Assembly: GCF_009914755.1 (NCBI RefSeq)
Contig: NC_060926.1
Direction: 5' to 3' (one strand)
Source: the human T2T-CHM13v2.0 reference genome, Homo sapiens
DNA length: 64,000 nucleotides
Under the pieces are notes generated by a model. It saw nothing but the letters and a program-made list of their open reading frames with translations, was not told the DNA's origin and searched no databases. Shown here piece after piece: positions 52,150 through 64,000 of the stretch. The first letter of the stretch is position 1. Each line of letters begins with the position of its first letter. Made by a program: the position numbers and the translations under genes.

Positions 52150-54130
52150 GCACAAAGTTGGCTTCATCATCATTTTTCCACCATACTTTCTACTCCTCCT
52201 TCCCCACTTGCCCCTCTGCCACTCTTTCTTCAACGTTATATAGGCAAAGAAAAAGAGGACGAGGCAGAAATGTATAGTTGACTGGCACTGTTGTTAATCT
52301 GATGTTGGTGCCTTTATCAGGAAGGTGCCCAATGTTGTCTTTTCCTCTTCAGAATGCTTTTGCGGGTTCCATTTAACAATGGGGAGTGATCCCCCATTTA
52401 AAGATTCTTTGATTTCAGTTAGCTGGAATGAAGTTGCCTCCTCCGGCTGTCTGTGAAAAAGCTTGCTTCATTTCTAGACTTGTGGAAATTCACCCCACAG
52501 CAGATTATCTCTTTTGGTATCACAGCATCCGGCAGGTGATCCATGTAATCAGTAGCCCTTTCAGGACAACTCACAGTCAGCTCCTGTCTCTGTGCCTTAT
52601 GTCTAGATAAGAGAAATAGGCTCATTTCCTGGCATTTCTGGAATGTAGTTCCTACATCATGGCCTTCTTTCCGTGCTCTGTTGTCAGGCAAATGGCCAGT
52701 CTTTCAGCTTTGGCCTTCTTTAATTCACAGATCATGTCCTAGTCTCCGCCTTCCCCAGCTTCCAGAGATCATACGGCAGATATTCAAGGTGCTTTTTTCT
52801 AAAGGTCTCTTACTTGCTGCTCACTGGTTTAAGATAAACTTAAAGCATCCTCCTACCATATAGGATGGGGAAACAAAGTAGCAGCAGAGCTCTCTCTCTT
52901 TCTAGAGAAATTTTGTTCATCAGTCTCTCCTGCTTAGTATTCTAGCCCTTCTAGCCTCCCCTTTTGTATTGTCAAAATTACTAATGGAAAGTGGCCAGTC
53001 AAGTTTAGGACACAAAGCAGTTGACTATACATGGTCTAATACCTGTCTTTGAAATGTGGGATAAGTTAACCTTTTTAGCTTCGATCCTTAGAGTCTCAAA
53101 AAAGTAATGGAAAAATTCTCACTTTTATATTTTTTTAAAGCTTTTTGAAGTCAAACAAGCTACACATAATGAATGTGAATGAATGTGTGTGATGGGATAG
53201 GTGTTGACATGTATATAACATAGAACCATTACCACAATCAAGTTTTCTCACAAATGTGTCCATGATACCCTAAGAGATCCTTGAGCCTCTTTGTAATCCT
53301 CCTTTGTCTTGTCAATCTCCACTCTTGTCTTCAGGCAACTACTGATTGTTTTTCTGTCACTGTTGATTCATTTGTTTTCTAGAATTTCATATAATTGAAA
53401 TAATACAGAGTCTACTAATTTTAGTCTGGCTTCTTTCATTTACCATAATGTTTCTGTGGCTTATCTATGTGTACCACATATTAATATTTCATTTATTTTT
53501 ATTGCTAAATAGTTCATTGTTATAAACACACCACATGGTGTTTGTACATTCACCAATGGACAATTGGAATGTTTCTTGTTTGGGACTAATATGAATAAAG
53601 GTAGTATAAAAATTTGTGTACGGATCCTTGTATAGACAGGATTCTGTCTGACTTAGGTAAATACGTACAAGTTAGATAGATAGGTCATATAGTAGATGCA
53701 TTATCATATTGTCAAGAAACTACCAGTTTTCCAAAATGGTTGCAAAATTGTGTACTTCCACCAGAAGTGTTGAGTTTCAGTTCCTCTATATCATCACACA
53801 AACTTGGAATGATCAGTATTTTTAATTTTAACCATTCTAAAATTTAGTTTAATGGTATTTCACTGTAGCTTTAGTTTGTGTTTGCCTAATGACCAATGAT
53901 GTTGAACAACTATCCATGCACTTGTTTGCCATCTGTATTAGCATCCTATTGCTGCTATACCAAACTACCATGAAGCTATTGGCTTGAAACACTTTCCATT
54001 AGCCTCTTTGACAGTACACAAGGGGAGACTTGAATACTGAACAGGAGAGAATGATGAGAGAAATTTCTCTAGAAAGAGAAAGAGCTCTGCAGGGATGCAT
54101 TTCTTTCTGGAGGCCCTAGGAGTCACTCTG

Positions 54131-54833
<703 letters not shown>

Positions 54834-54997
54834 CTCTGTTTTGCCTCTTCAGCCTTTATAGACTGCCCGTATTCCTCGGCTTATGGCCCCTTTCTCCAGT
54901 TTCAAAGTCAATAATTCCCACACAAGCCATTCTCATGTTGTATCTCTCTAACATTGATTCTTTTGCCTCCCATTTACATATTTGAGAACGCTGTGAG

Positions 54998-55324
<327 letters not shown>

Positions 55325-55689
55325 TTATTATATGGGGCTCACTTGGGTAACTCATGCTAATCTCTCCATTTTTAACTTCTGCTAACAACCTTAATTACAT
55401 TTGCTATCTTAATTCCACTTTGCCATGTAAGGTAGCATATTAATATTTTCTGGGGAGTAGGATGTGTATATTTTTGGGAAGCCATTGTTCTGTCTACCAC
55501 ACCATTCATACATACCTAGTAAAGTGTCAAATATTTTGCCCATTCTTTTTATTGAGTCACTTTTTTCTTATTGAGTTTTAAGCATTGTTTACATATTCTG
55601 GATACAAATCTAGCATCCAATATGTGATGTGCAGTCTATGGGTTGTCTTTTCATTCTCTTGTAAGTGGCTTTTAAAGAAGAGAAGTTTT

Positions 55690-58168
<2,479 letters not shown>

Positions 58169-58897
58169 AAGTTTTAACTTTTGATGAAGCTCCATTTACC
58201 TATTTACTCTTTAATGGGTCATGATTTTGTTGTTATAGCTAAGAAATATTTGCTTAACTCAAGATTATAAAGATTTTATCTTAGGTTTTCCCATAAAATA
58301 TTTATAGTTTTGGGATTTATGTTTAGTTGTATAAATCATTTGAGTTAATTTTTTTATATAGTGAGAAGCATGAATTGATGTTTTTGCATGTAAATATCCA
58401 GTTGTTCTGACATACAAATTGTTGAAAAGGCAATCATTTATTTCCTAAATTGCTTTGCTCCTTAGTCAAATTTTAATGTATGGTTCTAATTCTGTGCTCT
58501 CGGTTCTGTTAGACTGAGCTACTTGTCTATTCTTAGGTAAATACCAGACTATATTGATTAGGATGGCTTTTTATTAAGTCTTAAAATTGAGTAGCAAAAA
58601 CCCTTCAAATTTATTTTTTTTAATGTTTTGCTACCCTAGACACTTTGAATTTCTACATGAATTTTATAGGCACTTTGCCAATTTCTACCGAAAAATATGA
58701 TAGGATTTCCACTGAGATTACATTGAACAAATACATGCCAATTTGGGGTGAATCGACATTTTAATATTAGGTGTTTGAATTTAAGTATTTAGATCCATTA
58801 TTTAGATCTACTTTAATTTATCTCAGCAGTGCTTTAAGCTTTTCAGTACACAGGTATTTTGTGTTTATGCCATTCTAAGATAATATTTTAAAATTTT

Positions 58898-59929
58898 GGA
58901 GGAGGCAAGATGGCCGAATAGGAAGAGCTCCGGTCTACAGCTCCCAGCGTGAGCGACGCAGAAGACGGGTGATTTCTGCATTTCCATCTGAGGTACCGGG
59001 TTCATCTCACTAGGGAGTGCCAGACAGTGGGTGCAGATCAGTGGGTGCAGCGCACCTTGTGCGAGCCAAAGCAGGGTGAGGCATTGCCTCACTCGGGAAG
59101 TGCAAGGGGTCAGGGAGTTCCCTTTCCTAGTCAAAGAAAGGGGTGACAGATGGCACCTGGAAAATCAGGTGACTCCCACCCGAATACTGTGCTTTTCTGA
59201 CGGGCTTAAAAAATGGCGCACCAGGAGATTATATCCTGCACCTGGATCGGAGAGTCCCACACCCACAGAGTCTCACTGATTGCTAGCACAGCAGTCTGAG
59301 ATCAAACTGCAAGGTGGCAGTGAGGCTGGGGGAGGGGTGCCCGCCATTGCCCAGGCTTGCTTAGGTAAACAAAGCAGCCAGGAAGCTCGAACTGGGTGGA
59401 GCCCACCACAGCTCAAGGAGGCCTGCCTGCCTCTGTAGGCTCCACCTCTGGGGTAGGGCACAGACAAACAAAAAGACAGCAGTAACCTCTGCAGACTTAA
59501 ATGTCCCTGTCTGACAGCTTTGAAGAGAGCAGTGGTTCTCCCAGTACGCAGCTGGAGATCTGAGAATGGGCAGACTGCCTCCTCAAGTGGGTCCCTGACC
59601 CCTGACCCCTGAGCAGCCTAACTGGGAGGCACCCCCCAGCAGGGGCAGACTGACACCTCACATGGCCCGGTACTCCTCTGAGACAAAACTTCCAGAGGAA
59701 CGATCAGACAGCAGCATTCGCGGTTCACGAAAAACCACGGTTCTGCAGACACCACTGCTGATACCCAGGCAAACAGGGTCTGGAGTGGACCTCTAGCAAA
59801 CTCCAACAGACCTGCAGCTGAGGGTCCTGTCTGTTAGAAGGAAGACTAACAAACAGAAAGGACATCCACACCAAAAACCCATCTGTACATCACCATCATC
59901 AAAGACCAAAAGTAGATAAAACCACAAAG
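58898..59929 (+). promoter_or_regulatory. L1 5'UTR internal promoter (YY1 site, antisense promoter, ZNF93-bound segment)
   Basis: CAAGATGGCC YY1 motif at 58906-58915; ~128-bp segment 59677-59804 that L1PA2/L1HS lack. Confidence 0.85.
59273..59347 (-). pseudogene. L1 ORF0, prematurely terminated
   Basis: MAGTPPPASLPPCSLISDCCASNQ* matches the ORF0 N-terminus; Arg CGA to TGA at codon 25. Confidence 0.85.
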
Positions 59930-60940
59930 ATGGGGAAAAAACAGAGCAGAAAAACTGGAAACTCTAAAAAGCAGAGCACCTGTCCTCCTCCAAAGAATCG
60001 CAGTTCCTCACCAGCAATGGAACAAAGGTGGACGGAGAATGACTTTGATGAGTTGAGAGAAGAAGGCTTCAGTCGATCAAACTACGAGCTACAGGAGGAA
60101 ATACAAACCAAAGACAAAGAAGTTAAAAACTTTGAAAAAAATTTAGACGAATGTATAACTAGAATAACCAATACAGAGAAGTGCTTAAAGGAGTTGACGG
60201 AGCTGAAAGCCAAGGCTCGAGAACTACGTGAAGAATGCAGAAGCCTCAGGAGCCAATGCGATCAACTGGAAGAAAGAGTATCAGCGATGGAAGATGAAGT
60301 GAATGAAATGAAGCGAGAAGGGAAGTTTAGAGAAAAAAGAATAAAAAGAAATGAACAAAGCCTGCAAGAAATATGGGACTATGTGAAAAACCAAATCTAT
60401 GTCTGATTGGTGTACCTGAAAGTGACGGGGAGAATGGAACCAAGTTGGAAAACTCTGCAGGATATTATCCAGGAGAACTTCCCCAATCTAGCAAGGCAGG
60501 CCAACGTTCAGGTTCAGGAAATACAGAGAACGCCACAAAGATACTCCTCGAGAAGAGCAACTCTGAGACACATAATTGTCAGATTCACCAAAGTTGAAAT
60601 GAAGGAAAAAATGTTAAGGGCAGCCAGAGAGAAAGGTCGGGTTACCTACAAAGGGAAGCCCATCAGACTAACAGCGGATCTCTCAGCAGAAACTCTACAA
60701 GCCAGAAGAGAGTGGGGGCCAATATTCAACATTCTTAAAGAAAAGAATTTTCAACCCAGAATTTCATATCCAGCCAAACTAAGCTTCATAAGTGAAGGAG
60801 AAATAAAATACTTTACACACAAGCAAATGCTGAGAGATTTTGTCACCACTAGGCCTGCCCTAAAAGAGCTCCTGAAGGAAGCCCTAAACATGGAAAGGAA
60901 CAACCGGTACCAGCCACTGCAAAATCATGCCAAAATGTAA
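59930..60940 (+). pseudogene. L1 ORF1p, disrupted
   Basis: ORFs 59930-60406 and 60407-60940 share one frame, separated by one TGA inside a frameshifted patch. Confidence 0.95.
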
Positions 60941-61003
60941 AGACCATCGAGACTAGGAAGAAACTGCATCAACTAACGAGCAAAATAACCAGCTAACATC
61001 ATA

Positions 61004-64000
<2,997 letters not shown>

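Noticed and set aside
52260-52900. GC-richer stretch with several 60-90 aa ORFs
   Set aside because: No recognisable protein or consistent splice signals; may be decayed LTR-internal sequence next to MLT1

Overview
Primate (human/great-ape-like) genomic DNA: AT-rich, mostly transposable elements, with no recognisable host protein-coding gene, RNA gene or CRISPR/prokaryotic system. All long ORFs are decayed LINE-1 ORF1/ORF2 pieces or chance frames in LTRs and AT-rich DNA. Main landmarks: a solo HERV-H LTR7 (2576-3026); a near-full-length L1PA7-like element (15904-23760) split by an antisense LTR12C solo LTR, whose tail has become a palindromic 30-bp minisatellite holding a foreign L1 fragment and which abuts a truncated ERV1 with a tRNA-Ser primer-binding site; a complete THE1 element (43642-45906); a multi-level nest of elements (53.1-58.9 kb); and a young L1PA3-like element (58898 to the window end) that keeps the ZNF93-bound 5'UTR segment. 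The most speculative lead is a set of minus-strand exon-like units, one with a Kozak ATG, lying downstream of minus-strand TE promoters. Several perfect hairpins and templated-insertion scars were also seen. Subfamily names come from recalled consensus features, not from a database search. I found no convincing novel biological system.
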